A stretch of DNA of 50,465 nucleotides, from the IMG/VR virus record IMGVR_UViG_3300025000_000056, one strand, 5' to 3'. This DNA is from a virus (lineage: Duplodnaviria > Heunggongvirae > Uroviricota > Caudoviricetes). Position 1 is the first letter of the stretch, and each line of letters opens with the position of its first letter. The notes under the pieces are model-generated. The model was given only the letters and a program-made list of their open reading frames with translations, was not told the DNA's origin and made no database searches. Shown in pieces: positions 1-10,410 of this stretch. The translations under genes were made by a program, and so were the position numbers.

Positions 1-3000
1 ACCCTTAGAATCAAATACCGTAACATACCAGGAGTATACTCTTCCACTGGTGAGTTTGTTTGCCGGTACGACCGTGTTCTTAGATAGGCTATTCGCAATG
101 CCAGTATCATACACTACGGCATCTGTCTCAACATCAATGATGCCTACGTTAAAGGATTTTTGTATATCGTTATCGGCATCCGTATAGGCCCAGGATAGTA
201 CGGGTGTTAAAGTCGTACAGGCATCAGGATCTTCTTTGGTTTCTCCGCAGAAACTTGAAAGTACAACAGTCGGAGGGTTGTTTATCTCAGTTGAGGTAGG
301 CTTAAAATATCCATTAGAACTTATAGGACTCATACGCCCACTTGTATCTTTGACTTGAATCTTCCAGTAGTACATTACATCTTCACTCAATACTGTAGAG
401 GTAACATCATATGATGTTGCGGCACCGGATGTCCACGGAATATCAATGACCGTAGCATTTGTCGTAGCAGCGCAAACCGTCAGCTTGTAAGAGCCTTGTG
501 GAACATTCTTTGAATGATGATATGTCCATGTTAACGTGGGTTTCGTAGTTGTTTCTGTAGGATTAGAAAGTGTACCATAACAACTAGTTAGTCCAGGTTT
601 ATCAGGAGAAGCTACTGTACTAGTACCCGTGGTTTTGAAATAACATACTCTACCATCAGCCGCCGCCCCGGTGGAATCCGTTACAGATACTTTCCAGTTA
701 TAATTCGTACCTTCAAGTAGACGACTAGCACTTGGAACAGAATAGTAACGATTCTGACTTGTGATAGCTCCCGTATTGATTACCTCAACACCATCTGAAT
801 TCCTAATAACAACCGTATAGGTTTTCTGTGGATTCTTTTCCTTATCGCTATAACTCCATGTCAAGGTTGGTAATAGAGTACTAGATACAGAGGGAGCCGC
901 TGAGGTGCCGGTATAGCTTGTTGGCGTTACGACAGGAGGGGTATTAGCAGCTTCACTACTATACTTAAAGTAACAAGGATCCGTCATGATACTGACTTCT
1001 CCACTACTGTTTTTATCCTTAACTTGAAGGATCCAGTAATAGACGGTTCCAGCAACGATTCCATTAGGTACCGTGTAGGTTTTAGCAGAACTAGTAATCC
1101 ACCCAGAATCTTTAATTCGTGTCCCTGAGGCCGTAAAGACTTGAACATGATAGGCACCTTGTGTATCATTGTCTGCGTCAGTGTATTCCCAAGTTAAGAC
1201 CGGTTTCAAGGTCGTGCTAGTTGCAGGCTCAAGCTTCGTTCCTTTATAGCTCGTAGGGACAACGACAGGAGCCGCATTAGGAGGAGGTGTTCCGGTTTTG
1301 AAATAGCCACTGCGAACCGGTGATCCCTTAGCACCGCGCTTATCGCTTACTGCTACGGTCCAATGATAGGTAGTGCTTGGTGCTAGTTTACCAAAAGGAA
1401 CAACATAACGAAGAGCTGAACTAGTAACTGTGCCGCTCGTATGAACAAGGGTATTACTACTGCTGAAGATATCTACTTTATAGTTGTACTGTACATCATT
1501 GTCGGGATCTTCATATTCCCAAGCTAAACTGGGAATCGTATTATCACAACTTGATACTTCAGACTCATCACCATTGTAACTTGACAAGATAATTACCGGT
1601 ACATGATTAACGATTGAAGGTAGAGTCTTGAAATAGTTTTGAGAACTTACGAGACTCTCATCGTCTTGATTATCTTTAACTTGAACCGTCCAGTAGTACA
1701 ATGTGTTGTACTCTAAGGAAGAGGTCTTAGGCGTGTAGTACTTAAGAGTACTTGGTTCATAATCTATAGCATCGGTCGATGCACTAACAGGCGTTGTATT
1801 ACCGACCTTATAAATTAAGACCTTAAAACCAGACTGCGGATCATTGTCAGTATCTTTGTAAGTCCAAGTAAACGTAGGGTTTAACGTTGTGCAATCCTTA
1901 GGTGATGCCAAAGTTCCTAAGAAGCTCGTAGGACTTACGGTTGGTTTAGTATGGGGTCGGTCAATGGTCTTAAAGTAAACTGGGAAACTTGTTAAGCTCA
2001 TATTTGATTTTGGATCCTTAAGCTGTACTGTCCAGGAATAGACTGTTAATGGATCAAGTTTTAAATTCGTAGCCGTATAGGTCGCCGCTGAAGAACTTGT
2101 TAACTTAGTATCTCTAACTACAGCTCCCTGATCATTATAGATTATTACTCTAAAGGCTGTTTGAGATGTTGCTCCAGTAAAAGTCCATTTAAAGGTTGGA
2201 GCCAATAAGGTATTACATGCCGCAGGACTACCGACCGATCCATTTAAGTTGTTCGGTGTTACAACAAAAGTAACGGGAACGCCCGGCGTTTTAAAGTATC
2301 CCATGGGAGACACTTGACTCGTAAGGCCACGGCTGTCTTTAACTTGAACATTCCAATGATATATAGTTCCTGTATTTAATAGAGAATCAGGAACCTTAAA
2401 GTAATCATTAGAACTTCCTGTCCATCCCTGTGAGGAGATTAATACGCCTGAAGCATTATAGACACGGACAGAATAAGACCCTTGTGGATCATTATCCGGA
2501 TCATTATAATCCCAGGTTAGAATCGGCGTTGTGTCTTGAGCGAGTACGGGGTTCGAAGAAGAAGATCCATTGTAATTTACTAACGTGGCACTCGGCGGAT
2601 GATTAACTAACGCTTCGCTGGTTTGGAAACTAACCCACGGACTTGTAGGTCCCTGACTACCGCTTGGAGTCTTTAAGGTAACACGCCAAGTATACTTTCT
2701 ATCTCCAAGTAGTTTTAAAGGGAACGTCTCATCAATCATATAGCTATTGATAGAACTATTAATCCATCCAGAAGTATTAGTGTAAATTATACTTCCATAG
2801 CTACCAGAGAACATCTCAACCTTGAAAAAGCCTTGTGTCTTACCGGTATCTGACGGATCAATACAATCCCAAGTTAACGTCGGAGTTAGTGTATCGCAGG
2901 GGTCTGGCGTTAATGATGCTCCATTATAACTTGTAGGATTGCCAATGACAGACGTAATAACTTTAAAATAACCCTGCTTAGAAATTGGACTTTCTAGGCC

Positions 3001-3603
3001 AATAGTATCTCGTACCATAACCTGCCATGAATGAACAGTATTCGTCGATATACCAACGCCACTATGTGTATAGCTAGTATTCGAACTAAGAATCCATGGA
3101 GTCCATTGTCCGGCGACTAAGAGTCTAAAGGCTGCTTGTTCATAACCGTCGTATTCATTATAGTTCCAAGAAAACGTAAGACCCTGAGTATAACCTACTT
3201 CAGGTGCTGCGCTGGTTAGTCCATTGTAATTCAGTAGATCAGGCTTAGGCGGAGCAGTGGGAACTGTAAAATAAACCGGTACGCTCCAATCTCCAAAGCT
3301 ACTCATACTCTCTCCAACTCGAACTTGCCAGTAATACGTATAGCCCTTATAAGCTTCAAGACTCATTGAAGAGATATACGGGAATGTATGACTTGACGCT
3401 GTGCCGGTAACTAATCCATAACTTGCTACCGTTGTCTCACCGGTTCCACTATTCTGGCGCATGATTCTTAATCCATAGATTTTATATTGATTTGTGCGAG
3501 TCCATGTTACCGTAACGGGTTGAATGATTCCGAATGGCACATTATTACCACTCGAAGAATTCCCATTCGTTGTCATGGCGGTTTCATACATAGTTGAACT
3601 CAT
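1..3603 (-). CDS. Large virion/adhesin protein of ~10-11 tandem FN3-like (~110-aa) repeats; 3'-truncated at window edge (>=1201 aa); absent from ORF track
   Basis: ATG at 3603 with AGGAGG RBS at 3611-3616. Begins MSSTMYETAMTTNGNSSSGNNVPFG. The frame appears to have no stop before base 1, consistent with its absence from the track. Repeated motif TPTLTWxYxDxDxDxQ...YxWxVxVxD...S...YFKT about every 330 bp. Confidence 0.88.
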   Translation of the reverse strand, partial: MSSTMYETAMTTNGNSSSGNNVPFGIIQPVTVTWTRTNQYKIYGLRIMRQNSGTGETTVASYGLVTGTASSHTFPYISSMSLEAYKGYTYYWQVRVGESMSSFGDWSVPVYFTVPTAPPKPDLLNYNGLTSAAPEVGYTQGLTFSWNYNEYDGYEQAAFRLLVAGQWTPWILSSNTSYTHSGVGISTNTVHSWQVMVRDTIGLESPISKQGYFKVITSVIGNPTSYNGASLTPDPCDTLTPTLTWDCIDPSDTGKTQGFFKVEMFSGSYGSIIYTNTSGWINSSINSYMIDETFPLKLLGDRKYTWRVTLKTPSGSQGPTSPWVSFQTSEALVNHPPSATLVNYNGSSSSNPVLAQDTTPILTWDYNDPDNDPQGSYSVRVYNASGVLISSQGWTGSSNDYFKVPDSLLNTGTIYHWNVQVKDSRGLTSQVSPMGYFKTPGVPVTFVVTPNNLNGSVGSPAACNTLLAPTFKWTFTGATSQTAFRVIIYNDQGAVVRDTKLTSSSAATYTATNLKLDPLTVYSWTVQLKDPKSNMSLTSFPVYFKTIDRPHTKPTVSPTSFLGTLASPKDCTTLNPTFTWTYKDTDNDPQSGFKVLIYKVGNTTPVSASTDAIDYEPSTLKYYTPKTSSLEYNTLYYWTVQVKDNQDDESLVSSQNYFKTLPSIVNHVPVIILSSYNGDESEVSSCDNTIPSLAWEYEDPDNDVQYNYKVDIFSSSNTLVHTSGTVTSSALRYVVPFGKLAPSTTYHWTVAVSDKRGAKGSPVRSGYFKTGTPPPNAAPVVVPTSYKGTKLEPATSTTLKPVLTWEYTDADNDTQGAYHVQVFTASGTRIKDSGWITSSAKTYTVPNGIVAGTVYYWILQVKDKNSSGEVSIMTDPCYFKYSSEAANTPPVVTPTSYTGTSAAPSVSSTLLPTLTWSYSDKEKNPQKTYTVVIRNSDGVEVINTGAITSQNRYYSVPSASRLLEGTNYNWKVSVTDSTGAAADGRVCYFKTTGTSTVASPDKPGLTSCYGTLSNPTETTTKPTLTWTYHHSKNVPQGSYKLTVCAATTNATVIDIPWTSGAATSYDVTSTVLSEDVMYYWKIQVKDTSGRMSPISSNGYFKPTSTEINNPPTVVLSSFCGETKEDPDACTTLTPVLSWAYTDADNDIQKSFNVGIIDVETDAVVYDTGIANSLSKNTVVPANKLTSGRVYSWYVTVFDSKG
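300..3300 (-). repeat. Intragenic tandem FN3-like domain repeats, ~330-bp period, diverged at DNA level
   Basis: YF(K/T)x-type repeat ends near 3270, 2965, 2625, 2290, 1970, 1630, 1300, 965, 640 and 305. Confidence 0.8.
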
Positions 3604-3642
3604 TAGAAAACCTCCTAAAGTTATATGCTTTAACTAGATTTA

Positions 3643-4299
3643 CTAGTTGTATTGTGGGTTGAAGTAGATGATCTTAGAATCAACGGCATAGCCAATGATT
3701 TGTACGAGCCCTGCGGTCGGTTTTATAGATGTTATAGACCCTGCGACAGTAGGACTTACGTAGAGCAATGCACCTTTAGTGAAATTCCAAGCAATATTCT
3801 TAAGATATCCTTTCTTCAAGATAACCCTGTCGCCTGCAGCGGCGGTTTCTGTAGCTATAGCTACACAAGGTAGATACGTAATATCTGAGGCCTTAGATAA
3901 GGCGTATCCCTCAATAGTCAAATAAAGTAAGCTTCCAATACTAGTATCGATTGAAACATATTCCTTAGATAATTCACCGCTGTAATCTCCATCGTTAATG
4001 GGCATTAGCGATACGGCTTTATTTGATAAGCTACCGAGATCCTCAACTAAAACATAATCACTTGATGGGTGACCGTTTAATCGAATGGCATCAATATTGC
4101 CTAGGTCAAACGGCTTAACTAGGTTATCAACGGCAAACATGACCTCTCGAATACCGATAACTAAATTAGCAATTTGCTCATCTAGTTCAGTAAACTTAAC
4201 AGCGTTTTGATTACTCATAAGCTGTTGATAAAGACTCTTCTCTAGTGGGGAAGGTTCTTTAACAAAGGTTCCATCTTCCTTTTGTGAAACGACACTCAT
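3643..4299 (-). CDS. Phage structural protein, 218 aa, C-terminal capsid-cement/DUF2190-like domain
   Basis: C-terminal AAAGDRVILKKGY...WNFTKGALLYVS...GSIT..KPT...QIIGYA pattern seen in phage decoration/fibre-associated small beta domains. Confidence 0.6.
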   Translation of the reverse strand: MSVVSQKEDGTFVKEPSPLEKSLYQQLMSNQNAVKFTELDEQIANLVIGIREVMFAVDNLVKPFDLGNIDAIRLNGHPSSDYVLVEDLGSLSNKAVSLMPINDGDYSGELSKEYVSIDTSIGSLLYLTIEGYALSKASDITYLPCVAIATETAAAGDRVILKKGYLKNIAWNFTKGALLYVSPTVAGSITSIKPTAGLVQIIGYAVDSKIIYFNPQYN

Positions 4300-4304
4300 T
4301 ATGA

Positions 4305-5450
4305 TCAGCTCCTTGATCTTGATATAATTTCTTGAACTTCAGCTTCAACAGCATCTTTAATTCTCTTATCAATGCCGGTCAATCTGCCTTCTGTTCTGAT
4401 TAAGGTTTCAATCGAAGCGATCCCTAGTTTAATTGTAACGGCTTGATCTAGATTGCCAGCGATATCGTAAACTAAATAGATATCTTCCTCGGGCCCTCTA
4501 ACGCCAATGACTCTACCAGCATTATTATAATCAAGTTCATTTAAGCCGGGAATACCAAAGATAAGACTTAAGGGCATATTCTCGATACCTAAATTACCCT
4601 TAACCTCCGTGGCCAAATCAATCTTTTCATTGTAGCCCTCAAGTCCACCGTGATGATGGATCATACTATGGTGATCATCTTGTCCTATATCGGTCAAGGA
4701 CTTATGAGACACTGTACCAGAGCCGTCGTTACCATTATGCTTATGAGCCATAGAGTGATGGTCATCCGGCTTAATATCTAAGAGATCTTGATGATGTACG
4801 GTAACCGTAGGTGTTACGCCAGGATCAACAGGATCGTCGCCTGGATCAATGTCAATTTGATTAGCCCTAGGGTTAACAAAGATTACACCCCACGCATCGA
4901 TCCTTGGGAAGATTGTGCTTTTCTGTCGTGTCATTCGAGCACGAATACAAATCTTAGTGCCGCCTACGGGAACCGTCATTAAGGTTCCTTCGTTCGCATT
5001 GATTGGATACCAATTGACATTGTTATTACTAATGTCGTAAACAATCTGAGATCCAGTGGGCTTGTATTCATTAACCATTAACATAAACTTCTGTACGTTA
5101 GCGCCGTCTCTAATATTATAGGGCTTAGAATAAACCCAGGCAGTTACTTCTATGTCCGTCAGATTAAAGGTTATTGAAGAATCCTCAGGACTAAGATAGA
5201 GTTCCGTTTTAACCGTATCAAGTTTTGAGTTGTCAGCGAATTCATCCAACCATAGTGAATTGGCCTCAACGTGATTTTGCATTGTGAAGAGCGCCTTACT
5301 AGAGAAGTCACTATCTTGTAGTGCAAATCGCTGCTTCTCCTCTTGTTCAAGCATCTCGCCCAAGGCATTAACATCTTCCGCCGAGATGACCTCGTTGACA
5401 TTATCGATGTGTCGTTCGAATCGCTTAAAGCGTTCGTTATCTAGCGCCAT
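4305..5450 (-). CDS. Virion structural/fibre protein with His-rich repeats (probable start ATG 5450; track start 5459)
   Basis: GAGGTG RBS at 5457-5462 favours ATG 5450. Contains HHQDLLDIKPDDHHSMAHKH and HKSLTDIGQDDHHSMIHHH, and a YDISNNNVNWY beta-sandwich motif. Confidence 0.7.
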   Translation of the reverse strand: MALDNERFKRFERHIDNVNEVISAEDVNALGEMLEQEEKQRFALQDSDFSSKALFTMQNHVEANSLWLDEFADNSKLDTVKTELYLSPEDSSITFNLTDIEVTAWVYSKPYNIRDGANVQKFMLMVNEYKPTGSQIVYDISNNNVNWYPINANEGTLMTVPVGGTKICIRARMTRQKSTIFPRIDAWGVIFVNPRANQIDIDPGDDPVDPGVTPTVTVHHQDLLDIKPDDHHSMAHKHNGNDGSGTVSHKSLTDIGQDDHHSMIHHHGGLEGYNEKIDLATEVKGNLGIENMPLSLIFGIPGLNELDYNNAGRVIGVRGPEEDIYLVYDIAGNLDQAVTIKLGIASIETLIRTEGRLTGIDKRIKDAVEAEVQEIISRSRS

Positions 5451-5462
5451 ATTAAACACCTC

Positions 5463-6656
5463 TTAAAAGATTAAGTCGACCGGACTAAGGATTATGTCCG
5501 GAGTGTAAGGAGCTGTAGCGTCTCCAACGTCAACGCGTAGGGTTGTTCCTGTACTGATATTGCCTGCTCTGTCTACTGCGAAGATAGAATAGATATACTC
5601 AGAATTGTCAGTAACGATATCGGTATAGGTTGTAGATAATGAGTTAAGAACTATGATCGTTTCTGAGTCCGTACCATCAAAGCTTGGTATTGATCCATCA
5701 TAGAATCTACGGCGCACAACAATTTTGTCAATCTCAGTTTTAACAAAGACTGGACCTACCATAACGCTAGGCAAGGATATAGCGCCTGACTCTGTCGCCA
5801 TGCGTACTCGATACATTGGACTTTCAACGCCTGGATGAGAATCCGTTACTTGATCCCAGGTTAATTTAACATTCGCTGTTGAAAGGTTATGCTTTAATTC
5901 AACGACGGAATTAAAGTTTGCAATATTGTCTGGAGGCACACGGTCTAGTCCATACTCTGTATATTTCAATTCACTAGTTCTCCCAGACATTATCCATGAA
6001 GTACCATGATCTTTACTACTCTCAATAATATAAGGATACTTAGGAAGTCCTGTCATGATATAAACGGATGCCTCGGTGCTTAGATTACTAAAGTGCCCAA
6101 CGTCGTCAAGTGCTACTGCTTTATAATAATAGTTCCTGCCAAAGAGCGCTCCAGGCTTATACGTAAGGACAATACTATCTTCAACCGTTAAGGCCACATC
6201 CCAAGGGGGATCTGGTATGGAATAATCCTTAGCAATGGGTCCTATATATTTAACACCAGCCTGATCGCGATCATCATCTAAGACTTCGATACCGTCAAAG
6301 TAATAATCTGCTGTAACAAGTTTGTTCGTGGGTTCATCAAATTGGATCTGGCCTAATTCAAAGTCAATCATGTAGCCGGTCTCATACATAGCATCTCGAC
6401 CGTCGAAATAGATAATCACAGGATGTGATTCATCCATATAAATCTGCTCGTATTTAAAAGCGTAGATTGACTGTGTGATCATAGTCAACTTCTCATTAAT
6501 GACTTCAATAGGATTGATCTCACGAATTTGAGCGACCTCCATAATCATAACATCCGTACGTTGTACGTCGGTATGATCTGCTCGATAGATTCTATAACGT
6601 GTCGTTTGACTATCTAAGTTGCGATTGAAGGTTAGTCGTATGCGATGTAGTTTCAC
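5463..6656 (-). CDS. FN3-like domain baseplate-associated protein, 397 aa
   Basis: GTG start overlaps the upstream TGA (GTGA), GGAGGTGA RBS. YYYKAVALDDVGHFSNLS and YIYSIFAVDRAGNIS are FN3 F/G-strand motifs. Confidence 0.75.
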   Translation of the reverse strand: MKLHRIRLTFNRNLDSQTTRYRIYRADHTDVQRTDVMIMEVAQIREINPIEVINEKLTMITQSIYAFKYEQIYMDESHPVIIYFDGRDAMYETGYMIDFELGQIQFDEPTNKLVTADYYFDGIEVLDDDRDQAGVKYIGPIAKDYSIPDPPWDVALTVEDSIVLTYKPGALFGRNYYYKAVALDDVGHFSNLSTEASVYIMTGLPKYPYIIESSKDHGTSWIMSGRTSELKYTEYGLDRVPPDNIANFNSVVELKHNLSTANVKLTWDQVTDSHPGVESPMYRVRMATESGAISLPSVMVGPVFVKTEIDKIVVRRRFYDGSIPSFDGTDSETIIVLNSLSTTYTDIVTDNSEYIYSIFAVDRAGNISTGTTLRVDVGDATAPYTPDIILSPVDLIF

Positions 6657-7804
6657 GCCGTATCACCTCCGGTAGCAGCCTGAACAAAGACTCCGTCCGA
6701 TATGACGTCTTTAATATCTGTCAAAAAGAAAGTCCAGCCAAAATCAGTGTTAGGGCTTAAGTGATCATCAACTAAGGTTATATGAGGAGCTAAGACGTCG
6801 ACATCATCTATCGTGATCGTATGAACATCGACTGCATCAAGACCATCATAACTAGAAGCCTCACTAACGTTAACATAGCGTCTAACCTTTAAGCTTTTGT
6901 TTTCGATATAAATCGTATTGATCAGACGGTTTGTAGGATCTGATGGAACAGAGACGGCACCCGCCGAGTCCTCTAGAATTAATCGGTAACTGTAAACTCT
7001 ACGGTTTGGTGTTGCTGCGTACCAAGGGTTTGGTATTACAAGATCAGCCGTTGTCGATGTCGTGGGTATAACCTGGATCTCTTCAGTGAAACAGGGTTTA
7101 TCTCCAGTCGGTATTGGATCGATTAATAACTCAGGATCCGTAACGATTAGCCGAGTCGTCCAGACGATGTCATCCATGGTTCCTTCTAAGATCCATTTGA
7201 CTGGATCAAAGGTTAAATGGATTTCATGTTTATGACTAAAGGCTTGATCATTTAGAGTATTGATAGCCTTTATCTGATACGTATAGCCTACCGAGAATAA
7301 ATCCGTATCATCAATAATCTTAGCACTTAAGTCCTCTCGTATGTCAACACGATTAATTACTGGTTTAGGTGCTGCGGTGACCGTAGGTCCTAAGTATGTA
7401 ATACCCTCTTGATATAAAGCATCATCAATAAACTTATAGCTTGTATGGCTGTAATCCATCTTAATAACCTGAGTCGTATTAACGTAAATAGGAATGCCGG
7501 AAAACATGATACTCTTTTCCAGAGGCATAAAGCTGATGTTTAAGTTATCAATTAAGACATCGTCAACATAGACTTTAGGAGGCGGATCGAGTAAGTAGAT
7601 TCTATCTACTGTAAATAACATAGAAACCTGAAAGTCTTGAACTAAGATGTCATTCTTAGTCTGAGATACCACTTTCTCTACGAGAGACTCATCCATCTCA
7701 GCGATAAGTATCATCTCATCGTTATCATCTTGGCGATAAATAGCGTAAACCAAGGATTCAAAATAGTCATTGTAATCTACTAAAACCTTATTACGGTTTG
7801 CCAC
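6653..7804 (-). CDS. FN3-like virion structural protein, 383 aa, probable distant paralog of the 397-aa neighbour
   Basis: GAGGTGA RBS, GTG start. Shares YxIYR..D, YR.....G..S.PS and VRR....S.DG.D patterns with the 397-aa protein. Confidence 0.7.
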   Translation of the reverse strand: MANRNKVLVDYNDYFESLVYAIYRQDDNDEMILIAEMDESLVEKVVSQTKNDILVQDFQVSMLFTVDRIYLLDPPPKVYVDDVLIDNLNISFMPLEKSIMFSGIPIYVNTTQVIKMDYSHTSYKFIDDALYQEGITYLGPTVTAAPKPVINRVDIREDLSAKIIDDTDLFSVGYTYQIKAINTLNDQAFSHKHEIHLTFDPVKWILEGTMDDIVWTTRLIVTDPELLIDPIPTGDKPCFTEEIQVIPTTSTTADLVIPNPWYAATPNRRVYSYRLILEDSAGAVSVPSDPTNRLINTIYIENKSLKVRRYVNVSEASSYDGLDAVDVHTITIDDVDVLAPHITLVDDHLSPNTDFGWTFFLTDIKDVISDGVFVQAATGGDTA

Positions 7805-7806
7805 TA

Positions 7807-10410
7807 TTATATCACCTCAACTTCTAATTTAAAATCTGGTATCGGTACATCTTTATTGATTATTTCATCCACTTCAACGGCTGTAGCGTATAGATTCTTA
7901 GGTATTCCAATAAGTTCATCGGGTTCATTTAAGTATTCAATAATATAGAATGTACCATAGGCGATGTATTTCTCAACGGCTGCCTCAATTTCTTGCTTTG
8001 CAAAGCGCCCACCAAAGTCAATTAAGATAGATCTGGGTAGCTTAATAATTAAGACGGCATTCTCAGGGTAAGGCTCTCCGTCCCAGAAAGATATATCCCA
8101 ATAGAAGTTTGCTTGGACATTGAACTTCTTAATGAGAACGTCTCCAATCTCTTCTTTAAGTCCGCCGCCGCGACTTCGCGTATCGGTGACCTTGATACTA
8201 TCATAAATAGAATTTGGACGAACATGAATCTTACCTATAAGTAATAGATTAGGCTCATCGAGTTCTACAAAACTGTGGAAGAGTGGATTCTTATTAAAGG
8301 AACCATAGATGATATCAAGACCCTTAGTTGTATTTTCAAGGAGCCGTGCAGACGGTCTTAGATAGATGTAAATAATTTGATTAATAAGAAGAAAGCTAGA
8401 CTGTGTTCTAAATTCACGGGTCTCGCTATCGTACGTTGTGATATAGTGGCCATGCCCAGGATTTAAATCAAGACTCCAGAAGTGTTGATTAATTTCATCC
8501 CAAAAGCCTCGATACGTATAATTGTTCTCTTCATAGACATAATTTACAGTGATACGATCACTGGATCTTACTGAAGCCATAAGCTCAATTGATCCATTCG
8601 CTAAGTTCCAGTTACTTATTGGCATCAGTGCGCTATTCACTTTAACCTCTAGGTTAATAGGGATATGATTTTCATCAACCTTGACGTAAAGTGGAGCATA
8701 TCGTAACTTAATTGTTCGGTCGCCGGTAATCACTGGTACTTCACTAACTACCTCTCGATACGGCATACCATAAGTCTCACTGAATGATTGTCTGAAGTAT
8801 TCCGGAATCGAATACATATAGATTGTATAAATCCCATTTTCGATGACCGTTCTCTCGAACCGTCCTGAGCGTATCCTAGGATACCAACTCTCTATACTAC
8901 TGTTTTCAACAGAGTTTAAGACTTTGATTTGTCGTTTATCATTAAGGCTTAGAGAGTAAGTTGGCAGGAAGACATGCTCTACATAATTAGTCAAGATGAC
9001 TACTTTATAGCCACCAATAAGAATGTTATTATAGCTTGTCTGATTCTCACCATTACCGTTAACAATATTGATATTCTTGACCAGACGAACATCAACTAAG
9101 TTATTAAGGCTAACCACTCGTAGTTCATAGCTTGAATCTACTGACTGAGTAAAGTTGCTCACTGATAAGGTTGTTACGACCTTAGACCCCTCGCTGTTAT
9201 TTACATAACTTGTGATAGTCTGAACAACAATTTGTGTTGCATCTTTAACGGCAACAATCTGGATGTCAACCGGCTGATCAATGTTAAGGGTCTTTGTAAT
9301 AAAATCTGCTGGTAGATTTAGTATGCCTGTATCAGAATCCGTCTTAGCTAAAACAGGGTTGTTACCATCAGCACTAATCGTCAGTTCGATATCTCTATCA
9401 TCGGTTTTAACATATTCGACCGAATAGATCCGACTTGTGATTTGATTTGCAGGGATCGTGATATAAGGATTAACTAAGTCAAAGGCTGTCTTATTGGATA
9501 AGAATTTACGACCGTCATGGTAGGATGCATAATCCTCCTCAATCAGAGATGCTTCATTAAGAACTGAATCACTACTCCAAGGAGTGGAAAAATAATAATC
9601 AAGACCTGCGCTGGTTACTTTGACAAAAACCCTGTACTTAAAATATACAGGGTTTCTCGTGTCGGAAACCGCTGTCTTAGTAACATAAGCTCTCGTCGAT
9701 CCGGCTTGTTTAGAATTAGTCTTTACATAAATTGGTGCATTTGTATTTTCGGGATCTGTCAATTGATCAATGTCAGATACACATTCGAAAGCTGGCTGAG
9801 GGTTTAAGTTTTCGACATACCCAGCATAGGGAATAATAAAGTTATTACTATCAACGGTAACGCCATTGTAGATCACCTTAATATTATCTGAAGCATCCGT
9901 TTGAAAATCTGTATAAATCATAACCTTATAGATATTATCAATATCAGATTTGAACTTTATAAGTGCAATCTTGTATTTAGCGTTTGGCCTCTGATTGTTC
10001 TTGTCGATAATTGTAATCCCTTTGCCTAGATAAAACCCGTATGTATCAGGCCCTACCTTATCAACGATAGGATACTTTAAAATGTGTCCATAATAAAGTG
10101 GATTTCCATCTTGAAAGACATCCGTAATTAGAAAGGTCTGTGAATTAATATCTGGTAGTCCGTTAAGGTCATTAAGCATATGAGTGTTATCCGGCCATAG
10201 CTCGATATTATGTAGGGAGTCGCTGATAATATTCTCAGGAATGAGACTCGAAGTGTCAGCGATTCGTACACACTCCAGGGAATTTAAGGGGTTACAAAAA
10301 CTGTAGGCGAGGTTAGCCGCGTCTTCAGGAACGCGGCTACCGATACGAAGCTTATATTGATTGCTTTGATTATCAATATTACTTATGTGAGACTTAGTAG
10401 GGTTAAACAA
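7807..10410 (-). CDS. Large baseplate-associated structural protein, 867 aa
   Basis: TTG start overlaps the stop of the 2700-aa gene, GAGGTGA RBS. Beta-rich. C-terminal DTRSRGGGL...FYWDISFWDGEPYP. Function inferred from context. Confidence 0.7.
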   Translation of the reverse strand: MFNPTKSHISNIDNQSNQYKLRIGSRVPEDAANLAYSFCNPLNSLECVRIADTSSLIPENIISDSLHNIELWPDNTHMLNDLNGLPDINSQTFLITDVFQDGNPLYYGHILKYPIVDKVGPDTYGFYLGKGITIIDKNNQRPNAKYKIALIKFKSDIDNIYKVMIYTDFQTDASDNIKVIYNGVTVDSNNFIIPYAGYVENLNPQPAFECVSDIDQLTDPENTNAPIYVKTNSKQAGSTRAYVTKTAVSDTRNPVYFKYRVFVKVTSAGLDYYFSTPWSSDSVLNEASLIEEDYASYHDGRKFLSNKTAFDLVNPYITIPANQITSRIYSVEYVKTDDRDIELTISADGNNPVLAKTDSDTGILNLPADFITKTLNIDQPVDIQIVAVKDATQIVVQTITSYVNNSEGSKVVTTLSVSNFTQSVDSSYELRVVSLNNLVDVRLVKNINIVNGNGENQTSYNNILIGGYKVVILTNYVEHVFLPTYSLSLNDKRQIKVLNSVENSSIESWYPRIRSGRFERTVIENGIYTIYMYSIPEYFRQSFSETYGMPYREVVSEVPVITGDRTIKLRYAPLYVKVDENHIPINLEVKVNSALMPISNWNLANGSIELMASVRSSDRITVNYVYEENNYTYRGFWDEINQHFWSLDLNPGHGHYITTYDSETREFRTQSSFLLINQIIYIYLRPSARLLENTTKGLDIIYGSFNKNPLFHSFVELDEPNLLLIGKIHVRPNSIYDSIKVTDTRSRGGGLKEEIGDVLIKKFNVQANFYWDISFWDGEPYPENAVLIIKLPRSILIDFGGRFAKQEIEAAVEKYIAYGTFYIIEYLNEPDELIGIPKNLYATAVEVDEIINKDVPIPDFKLEVEVI

